Below the pieces are notes generated by a model, which saw only the letters and a program-made list of their open reading frames with translations, made no database searches and was not told the origin of the DNA. The position numbers and the translations under genes were made by a program. Shown here piece by piece: positions 1-9,721 of a DNA stretch of 64,000 bases. The number at the start of each line of letters is the position of its first letter. Positions within the stretch are counted from its first letter, which is position 1. The stretch covers positions 404,164 through 468,163 of the forward strand of contig CAWCMR010000015.1 in the NCBI GenBank assembly GCA_963796685.1, given 5' to 3'. The stretch comes from an uncultured delta proteobacterium (GTDB lineage: Bacteria > Myxococcota_A > Polyangia > Fen-1088).

Positions 1-367
1 TCTCCTTGGCCTGGACGGCCTCGATCAGCTTGGCGATCTCTTGCTCGCGCGTTTGCACGCTTTCGCGGGTCGCCTCCATCTCGCGCTGCGCGGCGGCGTA
101 CTCCTTCGAATTCTTGGCCAGCGAGAGCTTGTGCTTGGCGCCGCTGGCCGTGCTCTCGTCGGACTGAAGCTGATTTTTCTGCTCGGAGTAGTAGCGCTGG
201 GATTCGGCGAGCTGCGCGCGCTCGTTTTCGAGCAGGGTTTCGACCCGGGCAAAGTCGCTCTGGGAGGCTTCGAGCTTGGCGGGTATCGCCTTGTGTGCGT
301 TGGTCAGTTCTTGAATCTGAGCGTCGTATCTTTGGAGCTCCTCGAGACGCTTAAGCTGATCGCGCAA
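1..367 (-). CDS. C4-type zinc-ribbon / coiled-coil protein (COG1579-like), N-terminal part, runs off window start
   Basis: Not in ORF track. Hand translation from TTG at 367 after AGGAGG: MRDQLKRLEELQRYDAQIQEL...AKNSKEYAAAQREMEATRES; coiled-coil with KEY-x-A-x-x-REhE motif. Confidence 0.7.
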   Translation of the reverse strand, partial: MRDQLKRLEELQRYDAQIQELTNAHKAIPAKLEASQSDFARVETLLENERAQLAESQRYYSEQKNQLQSDESTASGAKHKLSLAKNSKEYAAAQREMEATRESVQTREQEIAKLIEAVQAKE

Positions 368-442
368 CTTTTCCTCCTGGGCTTTCGTGATGGCCCGATT
401 CCTGACGACAAACGAAGGACAATCCGGCAGGCGCTTGTAGAG

Positions 443-515
443 TGGGCCCACCTGGATTCGAACCAGGGGCCGAGCGGTTATGAGCCGCCAGCTCTGACCG
501 CTGAGCTATGGGCCC
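443..515 (-). tRNA. tRNA with CAT anticodon, probably tRNA-Ile2 (lysidine)
   Basis: Reverse complement GGGCCCATAGCTCAGCGGTCAGAGCTGGCGGCT-CAT-AACCGCTCGGCCCCTGGTTCGAATCCAGGTGGGCCCA folds as a cloverleaf; the 5' end looks like Ile2 rather than fMet. Confidence 0.9.
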
Positions 516-667
516 AGCCATGCTTAGGATTACCGTTAGCAAGCCGGCGAAGCATACTCAGCATGCCCGGCGGTGTCCAGGATTGTGAGGCACAAAACGA
601 ATCCTTTTCGAGGGATTGCGCTACTTGCCCGAAAGCAAACTCGTTTTGGGATGATGAGAAGAAATTG

Positions 668-933
668 CTAGGCGCTCATTCCGCCGAGCACGGCGGCAAT
701 CAGAGCAAGACCCAGGATCACGCGGTAGACGACGAAACCGTAGGTTGTGCGTGTGCGCAGGAAACGCAGGAGCGATGAGGGCATCGCGTAGGGTGAACGA
801 GTCCAGGGTGCGCTCGTGGCGCGCGGTCTTCTCGACCACCGCCATGAGGACGCCGACCGCGATCATCGAGATCGCGATCACGAGAATGGAGCGAAACGAT
901 CCCTCTACGAACGGACGCAGGGCGAAAGCCAGT
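668..933 (-). pseudogene. uppP: undecaprenyl-diphosphate phosphatase remnant (two out-of-frame fragments)
   Basis: Fragment 1 (~933-774): LAFALRPFVEGSFRSILVIAISMIAVGVLMAVVEKTARHERTLDSFTLRDALI. Fragment 2 (772-668, other frame): LLRFLRTRTTYGFVVYRVILGLALIAAVLGGMSA*. These match the BacA/UppP middle and C-terminus; the N-terminus and SRSG segment are absent. Confidence 0.75.
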
Positions 934-1738
934 TGACTTCGCCGGCGTGGACCGGGACGACGGTGCCGTTGCCGGACCGGATCAGCAACGCGCCCGATGG
1001 GTCCACGCCCTCCGCGATGCCCTCGATGTGACGGCCACCCCGTTCGATGGAGCACGGGCCGAGCACGGCGTGCTGGTTCCAGTTGGTCAGTGCGGCGACC
1101 GGGCCGTGGGCGATGAAATGGTCGTAGACGGGCTCGAAGGAGCGGACGAAAGCCACCAGCACTTCGCTGCGTTCGAGGAGCCGGCCGCGAGCGAGGCAAA
1201 GCGAGGTGGCGCGCGTGGCGAGCTCGGCGGGGAACCGCTCGGAGTTCACGTTGATGCCCACGCCGAGGACGATGTGGCGTACCCTGCTGCCCTCGCTGGC
1301 CATTTCGGTGAGGATGCCGGCGACCTTGCGCGGCCCGTCCGTGGTATCGAGCAGAAGGTCGTTTGGCCACTTGAGTCGCGGTGAAAAGCCGAGGCTCGCG
1401 AGCGCCGTGACCAGCGCGGCGCCGGCCAGCAGGGTTAGCGGCGCCGCTTGCTGCGCAGTCAGGGCGGGTCGAAGAAGGAGCGAGAAGGTCAGGTTCTCAC
1501 CCGCGGGCGAAAGCCACACCCGCCCGCGCCGTCCGCGCCCGGCCGTTTGCTCGCCAGCCACCACCAACAGTCCTTCCTCGGCGCCGGCCAGCGCGCGTGT
1601 GGCGGTCTCGTCATTGGTCGAGGCGCAGGAAGGCAGGTACACGACCGGCCTCCCCAGGCGGCATGCCCCCATGGCGGCGAGCAGCGCCGAAGGCTCGAGA
1701 TCGCGGAAGGTCACGCTTTGTTCCCGGCTAGCCCGCAT
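905..1738 (-). CDS. birA: biotin--[acetyl-CoA-carboxylase] ligase
   Basis: STN, QTAGRGRRGRVW, KWPND, KVAGIL and GVGINV motifs. Confidence 0.95.
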   Translation of the reverse strand: MRASREQSVTFRDLEPSALLAAMGACRLGRPVVYLPSCASTNDETATRALAGAEEGLLVVAGEQTAGRGRRGRVWLSPAGENLTFSLLLRPALTAQQAAPLTLLAGAALVTALASLGFSPRLKWPNDLLLDTTDGPRKVAGILTEMASEGSRVRHIVLGVGINVNSERFPAELATRATSLCLARGRLLERSEVLVAFVRSFEPVYDHFIAHGPVAALTNWNQHAVLGPCSIERGGRHIEGIAEGVDPSGALLIRSGNGTVVPVHAGEVNWLSPCVRS

Positions 1739-1816
1739 TATTCACCACGGTTGGATTGTCGGCGGCCATGATCAAACAGGCTGTCTCGTACTCACGGAAG
1801 GGGTGGCGGGCTAGCT

Positions 1817-1957
1817 CGTTTGTCATGCCCGCGAGGCTTCGCTGCCGGCGAAGCCGGCAGGCTCCGCACGCGTTTGTCATGGGAACCCTGGGAGGGTTCC
1901 CAAACCCTCCCGCGAGGCTTCGCTGCCGGCGAAGCCGGCAGGCTCCGCACGCGTTTG
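1817..1957. repeat. tandem REP-like repeat: two 49-bp direct copies around a hairpin
   Basis: CCCGCGAGGCTTCGCTGCCGGCGAAGCCGGCAGGCTCCGCACGCGTTTG at 1828-1876 and 1909-1957; GGGAACCCT-GGG-AGGGTTCCC hairpin lies between them. Confidence 0.85.
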
Positions 1958-2815
1958 GTCGATGGCGATGTCCAGGGCCAGATCCACCGCCGGAGCGGAA
2001 TGGGTGAGGGCGCCCGCGGAGACGATGTCCACCCCCGTGCGTGCCAGAATCGCTATCTGTTCCAGGGTTACCCCGCCAGATACTTCAAGTAATGGATGAT
2101 GTTTTCGCGCGTGCGCCTTGGCCGTCGCTTTTTCGATGTCGGGGAGGCTGAAATTGTCGAGGAGAACGATGTCCGCGCCGGCGTCCAGGGCCTCGTCGAG
2201 CTGTTCCAGCGAGTCGACCTCGACCTCGATCTTTAGGCCGTGCGGGATCTTGCCCCGCGTTCGGCGCACGGCTTCGCCGACCCCGCCCGCCACGGCCACG
2301 TGGTTGTCTTTGATGAGGACGCCCGAGCCCAGGTCGAAGCGATGGTTGCTCGCCCCGCCCATGCGAACCGCGTACTTTTCCAGCAAGCGAAAGCCGGGCG
2401 TGGTCTTGCGCGTGTCGGCGATGCGAAGAGCCGTACCAGACGCGGCGTCGACGAAGGCCCTGGACAGGGTGGCCACGCCTGACAGGCGCTGCACGAAATT
2501 GAGCGCCGTGCGCTCGGAGGCCAGCAGCGATGCCGCTCTGCCGGTATAGGTCGCCACCCGCGCGCCCGCCGCCAGTCGATCTCCATCCTTGGCCAGCTCG
2601 GTCGCCGCGATGGACGCGTCCACGTGCTCGAAGACCGCCGTGCAGATTCCCAGCCCGGCCAGCACCAGTGGTTGGCGCGTGACCAGATGGGCCGTGGCCG
2701 TGGCGCCCGCATCGATGACGGCCTGGGTGGTGACGTCGCCGCGGCCCAGATCCTCTTCGAGCGCCAGGTCGATGAGGCGGCGGACGGCGTGGGTGTTGAG
2801 CAACGCGTCGAGCAT
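1877..2815 (-). CDS. nadC: nicotinate-nucleotide diphosphorylase (quinolinate phosphoribosyltransferase)
   Basis: [34 protein letters not shown] and EVSGG motifs. Confidence 0.97.
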   Translation of the reverse strand: MLDALLNTHAVRRLIDLALEEDLGRGDVTTQAVIDAGATATAHLVTRQPLVLAGLGICTAVFEHVDASIAATELAKDGDRLAAGARVATYTGRAASLLASERTALNFVQRLSGVATLSRAFVDAASGTALRIADTRKTTPGFRLLEKYAVRMGGASNHRFDLGSGVLIKDNHVAVAGGVGEAVRRTRGKIPHGLKIEVEVDSLEQLDEALDAGADIVLLDNFSLPDIEKATAKAHARKHHPLLEVSGGVTLEQIAILARTGVDIVSAGALTHSAPAVDLALDIAIDQTRAEPAGFAGSEASREGLGTLPGFP

Positions 2816-2927
2816 GAGGCGAGCATAGCGTGCCTGAGCGGGTTGCGGAACTGGTCGTGGAGGCGTTCAAGCCCCGCACAGCCCAGCACGTTGACTACCG
2901 GGTACGTCCGCGGTAGGTACGACGCAA

Positions 2928-3491
2928 ATGCGGGTCACAGCCGGTGCCGAACGCGGGCGCAAGCTTAGGGCGCCTCGGGGTGCCACAACCCGGCCCACCG
3001 GGGCAAAAGTGCGCGAGGCCATCTTCAACATTCTGGGGCCGCTGTCGCCGAATCCCGTGCTCGACCTGTTCGCCGGTACAGGGGCCCTGGGGATCGAGGC
3101 CTTGTCGCGTGGCGCCAGCCGGGCCACGTTCATCGAGCGCGATCAACGGGCCCTTGCCGCGCTTCATCGCAACCTACGCGAGTTCAACCTGGCCGAGCGG
3201 GCCCGCGTGCTGGACAGCAGGGTGGCTGCCGCCCTGCAACGTCTGTCGGATGAAAAGGGCGACAAGTTCAGTTGGGTCTTCGTGGATCCGCCCTATGCCG
3301 CGGGTGAGGTCGAGCCCGTGCTTGCCTTGCTCGCTGGCGGCAAGGTCTTGGACAACGGCGCCGTGGTTATCGTGGAGCACGACCGGCACCATCTGCCACC
3401 GGAGAGGGTCGGCGCCCTCGAAATGGTCGATCGTCGATTCTACGGCGACACCGGCGTCTCGTTCTATCGCTGTCAGTGGGAGCTCGCCTAG
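2928..3491 (+). CDS. rsmD: 16S rRNA m2G966 methyltransferase
   Basis: TRPT..KVREAIFN, LDLFAGTGALGIEALSRGA and DPPY; directly upstream of coaD. Confidence 0.95.
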   Translation: MRVTAGAERGRKLRAPRGATTRPTGAKVREAIFNILGPLSPNPVLDLFAGTGALGIEALSRGASRATFIERDQRALAALHRNLREFNLAERARVLDSRVAAALQRLSDEKGDKFSWVFVDPPYAAGEVEPVLALLAGGKVLDNGAVVIVEHDRHHLPPERVGALEMVDRRFYGDTGVSFYRCQWELA

Positions 3492-3991
3492 TGCCGGCCC
3501 GCAGACGCCTGGTCGCCATCTACCCAGGGACCTTCGACCCCATCACCAATGGACACTGGGACATCATGCGCCGGGCGCTCGGCCTGTTCGATCAGGTCGT
3601 CGTGGCCCTGGCCGTGAACGTCAACAAGCGGCCGCTCTTTCCCTTGGCCACTCGCACGCGCATGATTCGCGACGTCGTGGGCGGCAACGATCGCGTGAAG
3701 GTGGAGGCGTTCCATGGTCTGTTGGTGGACTTCGCCCGCGCGCGTGGCGCCCGGTTCTTGATTCGAGGTCTACGCGCGGTGGCCGATTTCGAATACGAGT
3801 TTCAGTTCGCGCACATGAACCGCCAGCTGGCCCCGGACATCGAGACCATCTTCCTGCCCACCAACGAGGAGAATTTCTACGTCTCCTCTTCGCTGGTCAG
3901 AGAGGTCGGGACGATGGGAGGCGACGTCTCGCGATTGGTGCCCAAGGCCATCATGCCGACGTTAAAGAAGAAGTTTAGAAAGATTCCATAA
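3491..3991 (+). CDS. coaD: pantetheine-phosphate adenylyltransferase
   Basis: YPGTFDPITNGH, IRGLRAVADFEYEFQ and VSSSLVRE; GTG start overlaps the rsmD stop. Confidence 0.97.
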   Translation: MPARRRLVAIYPGTFDPITNGHWDIMRRALGLFDQVVVALAVNVNKRPLFPLATRTRMIRDVVGGNDRVKVEAFHGLLVDFARARGARFLIRGLRAVADFEYEFQFAHMNRQLAPDIETIFLPTNEENFYVSSSLVREVGTMGGDVSRLVPKAIMPTLKKKFRKIP

Positions 3992-3992
3992 T

Positions 3993-5195
3993 ATGCCGCC
4001 TAGACTAGCGAATCGTCTGTCATCCGTGTCGCCGTCGATGACCATGAAGGTGACCGCGAGGGCGGCCGAGCTGCGCGCCCAAGGCATCGACGTCATCAGC
4101 TTTGGCGCGGGCGAGCTGGACTTCGACACGCCAAGCTACATCAAAGAGGCGGCCAAGAAAGCCCTGGATAGGGGGGCCACCAAGTACACCGCGGTAGAGG
4201 GTACGCCCGAGCTGCGCAAGGCGGTGGCCGGCTGGTTCGCCAAGGCGCACGGTTTCGAGGTGTCCGCTGGCGAGGTCATGGTCAGCGCTGGCGCCAAGCA
4301 GGTCATCCACAACGCCTTTCACACGCTCCTCGATGCGGGCGACGAGGTCATCCTGCCCGCCCCGTGCTGGGTCAGCTACGCCGAGATCGCCAAGCTGGCT
4401 GGCGCCACGCCGGTGCCGGTTCTGTCCCGCGCCGAAGACGATTTCGCGGTGGATCCCGACGCCATCGCGCGGGCCATCACGCCTGCCACGCGCGTAATCG
4501 TGCTTTGCTCGCCTTCCAACCCGACCGGCGCCGTCTACGACGAGGGCAGCCTGCGCGCCATCGCCAACCTGGCAATCGAGCACGACCTTTGGCTTTTGAC
4601 CGACGACATCTACCGCAGCCTCTGCTACGGCGGCGCCCGCTGCGTGCAACCGGCCACCTTCAGCCCGGCGATTCGCAAGCGCACCGTCATCGTGGATGGC
4701 GTATCCAAGACTTTCGCCATGACCGGGTGGCGTATCGGGTTTTGCCTTGCCCCACCTGCGGTCATCGAGGGCATGGCCACGCTGCAAGGGCAATCGACGA
4801 CCAACGCGGCCGCGGTCAGCCAGGCGGCGGCGCTGGCCGCCATCGTGGGCCCCGGCACCGAGATCGAGGCCATGCGCCAGGAGCTCGACAAGCGGCGCAA
4901 GTGCATGTTGTCGGCTCTGCGGGCCATGCCCGGCATCGCCTGCACCGAGCCCAAGGGCGCCTTCTATGCGTTCCCCGACGTCTCGGCGTTTCTGGGCAGG
5001 CGCACCAAGCAGGGCCGCCCCGTCGAGGACGATCTGGCTTTGTGCCAGTACCTCATCGAGGAAGCCAGGATCGCGGTCGTTCCCGGCTCGGCCTTCTTCG
5101 CGCCAGGGTTCATTCGCCTTTCCTTTGCCACGGCCCAGGTCAACATCGAGACGGGCCTGGCGCGCATGGCGCAAGCGCTGTCCGCGCTGGAATAG
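3993..5195 (+). CDS. PLP-dependent class I aminotransferase (aspartate aminotransferase family)
   Basis: SPSNPTG, DDIY and SKTFAMTGWRIG motifs. Confidence 0.93.
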   Translation: MPPRLANRLSSVSPSMTMKVTARAAELRAQGIDVISFGAGELDFDTPSYIKEAAKKALDRGATKYTAVEGTPELRKAVAGWFAKAHGFEVSAGEVMVSAGAKQVIHNAFHTLLDAGDEVILPAPCWVSYAEIAKLAGATPVPVLSRAEDDFAVDPDAIARAITPATRVIVLCSPSNPTGAVYDEGSLRAIANLAIEHDLWLLTDDIYRSLCYGGARCVQPATFSPAIRKRTVIVDGVSKTFAMTGWRIGFCLAPPAVIEGMATLQGQSTTNAAAVSQAAALAAIVGPGTEIEAMRQELDKRRKCMLSALRAMPGIACTEPKGAFYAFPDVSAFLGRRTKQGRPVEDDLALCQYLIEEARIAVVPGSAFFAPGFIRLSFATAQVNIETGLARMAQALSALE

Positions 5196-5223
5196 GGAGA
5201 CGTTCGCGAACCGCCGACCGCAC

Positions 5224-6612
5224 CTACTGGCTCGACGTCATCGCGGTGCGCTTGCGCCGCAGCTTCTCGACCAGCGTGGTGCGGTTGAGGCCCAGAAGCT
5301 CGGCCGCGCGGTTCTTGTTCCCCCCCGTGCGCTCCAGAGCCTCCGCGATCATGCGATCCTCGACCGATTCCAGAATCGATCGAAGGTCGGTTCCGTCGCT
5401 GGGCAGGTCGGGCATGGGCGTGAGCGGGGTGACGCGACCGTGCGAAGCCTGGCGCAGGTTGGGCGGCAAATCCGTCAGTCCGATGGCTCCTGATCCCTTC
5501 AGAATGACCAGGCGTTCGATCAGGTTCTCGAGCTCGCGAATATTGCCCGGCCAGGGATAGCGCTTGAGCGCGGCCAAGGCTTCCGGTTGCAAGCCGAGAA
5601 CGCTGCGTCGATTCTTCTCGTTGAAGCGGCGAATGAAGTATTCGCACAAGAGGGGAATGTCGCTGGCGCGATGGCGCAGCGGCGGAACCTCGATGGGGAT
5701 GACGTTCAGGCGCCAGAAGAGATCGGCGCGAAACCGGCCCGAGGCCACGTCGGAATCGAGCTTGCGATTGGTCGCCGCCAGGATGCGGACGTCTATCCTC
5801 TGATCGATTTCGTCGCCCACGGGGCGCAAGACGCCGTCCTGGATCAGTCGCAGCAGCTTGGCCTGCACCGCCAGCTCCATCTCGCCGATTTCGTCGAGCA
5901 GGATGGTGCCGCCGTCGGCTTCGGCGAATCGCCCCACGCGCGAAGAGGTGGCGCCCGTGAATGCGCCACGCGAGTGGCCGAACAGCTCGGATTCGACGAG
6001 GTTGACCGGGATGGCGGCGCAGTTGACGGCCACGAACGGTTTCTTGGCACGGGAAGACCCCGCGACCAGGGAGCGCGCGACCAGCTCTTTTCCGGTCCCC
6101 GAATCGCCGGTGATGAGCACGGTGCAGTTGGTGTCCGCCACCTGCGCGAGCAACGAGAGCACGCTGACCATGGCCGGGTCGCTGCCCAGCAGCCAGGGCG
6201 CGTGTCGGTCACGCCACGCGATGGGGTCGGGACCGGATGACGGGATCAGGGTGTTCGAGAACCCGAGAGCGCTGGCCAGGACCTCTTCCAGGCTGCGCAG
6301 CTCGACCGGTTTGACCAGAAAATCGCGTGCGCCGGCGCGCATCGCGCGAACTGCGTCGGTGACTTCTGCGCTGCCACTCATCACGATGACGGGGGTCATC
6401 GGAGATCTCAGCCGAACCGCGTCCAGAATACCGAAACCATCCACGCCGGGCATGCGCAGATCGGTCACGACGGCGTCGAAGTTCTCACGCTCGAGTCGTT
6501 CGAGCCCGCCGGGACCATCCGCGGTAACCACCTCGTACGAGACGGTACGGAGAAGTCGCGCCATTCCTCGGCACAGAGCTTCTTCGTCGTCACAGAGCAA
6601 AACCTTCGCCAT
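5224..6612 (-). CDS. sigma-54-dependent response regulator (REC-AAA+-Fis HTH)
   Basis: REC DLRMP, GDSGTGKE, ESELFGH..GAFTGA, WPGNIREL, C-terminal HTH. Confidence 0.96.
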   Translation of the reverse strand: MAKVLLCDDEEALCRGMARLLRTVSYEVVTADGPGGLERLERENFDAVVTDLRMPGVDGFGILDAVRLRSPMTPVIVMSGSAEVTDAVRAMRAGARDFLVKPVELRSLEEVLASALGFSNTLIPSSGPDPIAWRDRHAPWLLGSDPAMVSVLSLLAQVADTNCTVLITGDSGTGKELVARSLVAGSSRAKKPFVAVNCAAIPVNLVESELFGHSRGAFTGATSSRVGRFAEADGGTILLDEIGEMELAVQAKLLRLIQDGVLRPVGDEIDQRIDVRILAATNRKLDSDVASGRFRADLFWRLNVIPIEVPPLRHRASDIPLLCEYFIRRFNEKNRRSVLGLQPEALAALKRYPWPGNIRELENLIERLVILKGSGAIGLTDLPPNLRQASHGRVTPLTPMPDLPSDGTDLRSILESVEDRMIAEALERTGGNKNRAAELLGLNRTTLVEKLRRKRTAMTSSQ

Positions 6613-6929
6613 ACAGATAGCCTCGAAGCGGCATTACATTCTACACGCTGACTCAACCAGAGGTACAGACAGCTTGTAGAGCTCACGCCGGAAACCGACG
6701 TAGTGTGACGTATCGGGGAGTGCAGGTCAACAAACTCGGACGCCCTTTTGTCGATAGTCGCGCGTGCCTTCTGGCTCTCGCGCCCGGCGTCTTGTTCGAT
6801 TCCTTGCCGGATGTCTTGCGTCTCACCTGTCTCGACATCCCGTATCACGCTCTTGTATCGCGCATGGGGATCCACGGTCGCCCTCTCGTATCACTTGCCT
6901 GCGACTTCCTGCGTGCGTATACCCCGTGC

Positions 6930-8756
6930 ATGGCGGATCCCGTACGCACGCTCTTGCTCGAGATCGAGGAACAGTGTGAGCAAACACCCGGCTGCGAGCT
7001 GGCCAAGGCGCAGGGGGGCGAGTCTCGACTTGGCAAGTTGAGGACGCTCTTTTCTGGCGCAGTCTCCCCCGGATACGCAGCCTTCGCCGATCGCTACGAC
7101 GGGGGAAAGCTGGCGCGCCCGAGCCCGGCGCTCGGCGAGCCTTCGCAGGAAGGCTCCTCGAAGGAGGCTTCCTGCGAATCCTCGGAACCATCGCCGGACG
7201 AAGGCGTGTACCTGCACCTCCTCGGATTCGAGGAGTCTCAGCGTATCTTGCGCGAGGCCGCACACCCTCAAGACTGGAAGGGGCTGTGGCCGGTGGCACG
7301 GCGTGGATTGCGTATCTTTGCGCTCGACTTCGAGGCCAGTCCCGACGGAGAGCAGCCGGTGGTGGAAGTGGGCGACCGCAGCGTGGACCGAGTGGGCAGC
7401 AGCTTTCTGCGCTTCCTATCGGCGTGCCTGGGAGAGATCGCGCTCGGTGAAAACGCCGAAGCGCAAGTCCTGGCGCGCGAGCTGTGCCGCAGGGATCCCG
7501 GGCTGGCGGAACACTGGGTGCACCTCATCGACTTTCTCGAGGACGCCGGGCACAAGAGCGAGATCGACACGGTCCTCGACGAAGCCCTCCGCTGCGCCAG
7601 CCCGCCGGGGCCAGCCCTGGTCATCCAAGTAGCCTTGCGCGCCCTCGACAAGGGCGAGACCGGCCGAGCGCTGGCCGCCATCGAGGACGCGCTTGGGCTG
7701 GAGCCGCTCACGGCACGTGACGACGATGCTCGCTTGGACGCAGCCGCGATCCTGCTGGTGCTGGCGAACCAACGTGGCGACAGCAAGGGCAAGCAGCGTG
7801 CCTTGGAGGCGCTGGGAGGCGCCGCCGCATCGACAGGGGCCTATTGGCGCGGCGAGGCCTTGCGCGCCCACGTCCTTGGCGATCTACCTCGGGCGAAGCT
7901 CGCGGGACAGGTTGTCGGGGTCCTGATCGAGGGTGACGAGGATTTGCCACGTCTGGCGCAGCCCAATCCCAACCTTACGTCCGCCTTGCGTGCGCTGCTC
8001 AAGGCCCGCGATGCGCTGGAACAAGGCGAGCTCGACGAAGCCGTCCGCCAGGCCCGCATCGCGGTGGGCGAGCGGCCGGATCTCGGCGTATGCCAGGCGG
8101 TGCTCGCCGAAACCCTCAATGCTACGAGAGACCGCGGCGCGCTCGACGCCGCCCGGCGCGCAACCGAGCTGAACCCCGCGCTGGTCGACGGCTGGCGCGA
8201 GCTGGGCGATGCATACATGGAAGCACGCCAGGCCGGCAAGGCCGAGGCCGCTTATCGCGAGGCGCTGGCGCGCGACGAGAGCTATGCCCTGGCGCGGGCC
8301 AAGTTGGCGCAAGCGCTCCTCGAACAGGGGCGATCGCGCGAGGCCCTGGAGATGGCGCTGGCGGCGGAAGATCGGGGAGGGGATGCGTTCATGGTCGCCG
8401 CCATTCGCGGCGACATCCTGGCCGAAATGAGCCGCCATGACGAAGCCGCGGAATCCTACGATCGGGCGTTGCACATGGAGCCGGAGGACCACTGGATTCT
8501 TCATCAGGCCGCCATCGCCCACAGCCGCGCCGGCAACGACGACCGCGCCGCCGACCTATTCGAACAGGCGCTGCGCTACGACCACGATGGCTGCCACCAG
8601 ACTCTCGTCGACTACGGCGATCTCTTGCGCCGGGTGGGCCGCATCGGCGACGCGGTCCGCATGTACCGCAAGGCCGTGGCCGCCGTGCCGAACGATCCTG
8701 ACTGGCGGCGCGTGCTGCGCGAAGCCGAGCGCGAGCTCATGGCCGCGCCGAACTGA
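6930..8756 (+). CDS. TPR protein with N-terminal SMI1/KNR4-like domain
   Basis: Multiple C-terminal TPRs; N-terminal YAAFADRYDGG...FALDF...EQPVVE...VGSSFLRFL resembles SUKH/SMI1. Start placed at ATG 6930. Confidence 0.7.
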   Translation: MADPVRTLLLEIEEQCEQTPGCELAKAQGGESRLGKLRTLFSGAVSPGYAAFADRYDGGKLARPSPALGEPSQEGSSKEASCESSEPSPDEGVYLHLLGFEESQRILREAAHPQDWKGLWPVARRGLRIFALDFEASPDGEQPVVEVGDRSVDRVGSSFLRFLSACLGEIALGENAEAQVLARELCRRDPGLAEHWVHLIDFLEDAGHKSEIDTVLDEALRCASPPGPALVIQVALRALDKGETGRALAAIEDALGLEPLTARDDDARLDAAAILLVLANQRGDSKGKQRALEALGGAAASTGAYWRGEALRAHVLGDLPRAKLAGQVVGVLIEGDEDLPRLAQPNPNLTSALRALLKARDALEQGELDEAVRQARIAVGERPDLGVCQAVLAETLNATRDRGALDAARRATELNPALVDGWRELGDAYMEARQAGKAEAAYREALARDESYALARAKLAQALLEQGRSREALEMALAAEDRGGDAFMVAAIRGDILAEMSRHDEAAESYDRALHMEPEDHWILHQAAIAHSRAGNDDRAADLFEQALRYDHDGCHQTLVDYGDLLRRVGRIGDAVRMYRKAVAAVPNDPDWRRVLREAERELMAAPN

Positions 8757-8900
8757 CACGGGTGTCTCTGGATCTTTCCAAACCCGCCGGGAACGTGCTA
8801 TCCCTGTCTCCTTCCTGCCCGAATGCGTACACTACGAGAACCAGGCAGGAAGACACTGCAGTAGAACGACTAGCCTAAATCAGCGTCCGGTATACGTTTC

Positions 8901-8941
8901 GCGCGAGTAGCTCAGCTGGTAGAGCATCGGCTTCCCAAGCC
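8901..8941 (+). repeat. left att repeat = displaced 5' half of tRNA-Gly
   Basis: GCGCGAGTAGCTCAGCTGGTAGAGCATCGGCTTCCCAAGCC, identical to 21220-21260; followed by non-tRNA sequence. Confidence 0.95.
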
Positions 8942-9109
8942 TCGCAACGCTGCGCAGCGCTGACCAACGGTGAGCAGAGAACCGCAGGCACCAAGCGGAC
9001 TTACAAGAGAATCACGACCGGGTGCGTGCTCACGGGTGCGCACCCGGTTTTTCATGAATGAGCACCCAAACGGCAACGAATGACGTCAAGGTGGTGACAC
9101 GAGGGCCGC

Positions 9110-9595
9110 CTACTTGGAGGCGTCCCTAATTGGCTCGTCGACGACGATGAGCGAGCACTCTGCTTTTCCGCAGACGTTCGCCAGGTCGCCGCCGGCGAAC
9201 TGAAACGCGATCTGGACATTGGAGGCATAGGGCGCCAACTCCTGGCAAGCCGCGAGCGACGCGGCCGACTTCTGTGTTTCGCGATTCAAGGCGTTCGCGT
9301 GGATACAGATCACCCCACCGCGGTGGGAGGCGTTGGTAAGCCAGACGTGGCCTGTGGCCGTGGTGCGGTTGAGGGAGCTCATGAAGGGCCCGACTGACTC
9401 AATGGAAATCACGGCCGGGTTCTTGGGTCTCAGGGCCTCTTCCAACTTCGCTTGAGTCTGGCGCAACGACTCATGCAGGCCGGCGTCCTCGCGGCGCTGA
9501 TTTGCGTACGACAGGGGTACGCCAACGAGGAGCAACGAAATCGAAAACCACAGAACAAGCCTTCCCAGTTTCTCGAGACGATCGATCCACGGCAT
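9110..9595 (-). CDS. hypothetical membrane-anchored exported protein (element cargo)
   Basis: GGAGG RBS-like sequence upstream, N-terminal TM helix, coiled coil, 4-Cys beta-rich domain. Confidence 0.65.
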   Translation of the reverse strand: MPWIDRLEKLGRLVLWFSISLLLVGVPLSYANQRREDAGLHESLRQTQAKLEEALRPKNPAVISIESVGPFMSSLNRTTATGHVWLTNASHRGGVICIHANALNRETQKSAASLAACQELAPYASNVQIAFQFAGGDLANVCGKAECSLIVVDEPIRDASK

Positions 9596-9721
9596 CTTGA
9601 GGGGCCTCCCTTCGGAGAGGGTAAGCGCGGCCTACAGATGAAACCCGCGTTTGGTCGCTCACGATTGTCGACCCAGTTCTTCACCGTGTCAAACGGGTCC
9701 CTTCTGCCTCAAGCGCAGCGA

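Noticed and set aside
1828-1957. Mini-CRISPR (two repeats with a ~32-bp spacer)
   Set aside because: Only two 49-bp units, the spacer is itself a palindrome, it overlaps nadC, and there are no cas genes.
8901-8975. Second complete tRNA-Gly
   Set aside because: Identity stops after the anticodon arm; no T-arm or acceptor 3' strand follows, so it is an att fragment.
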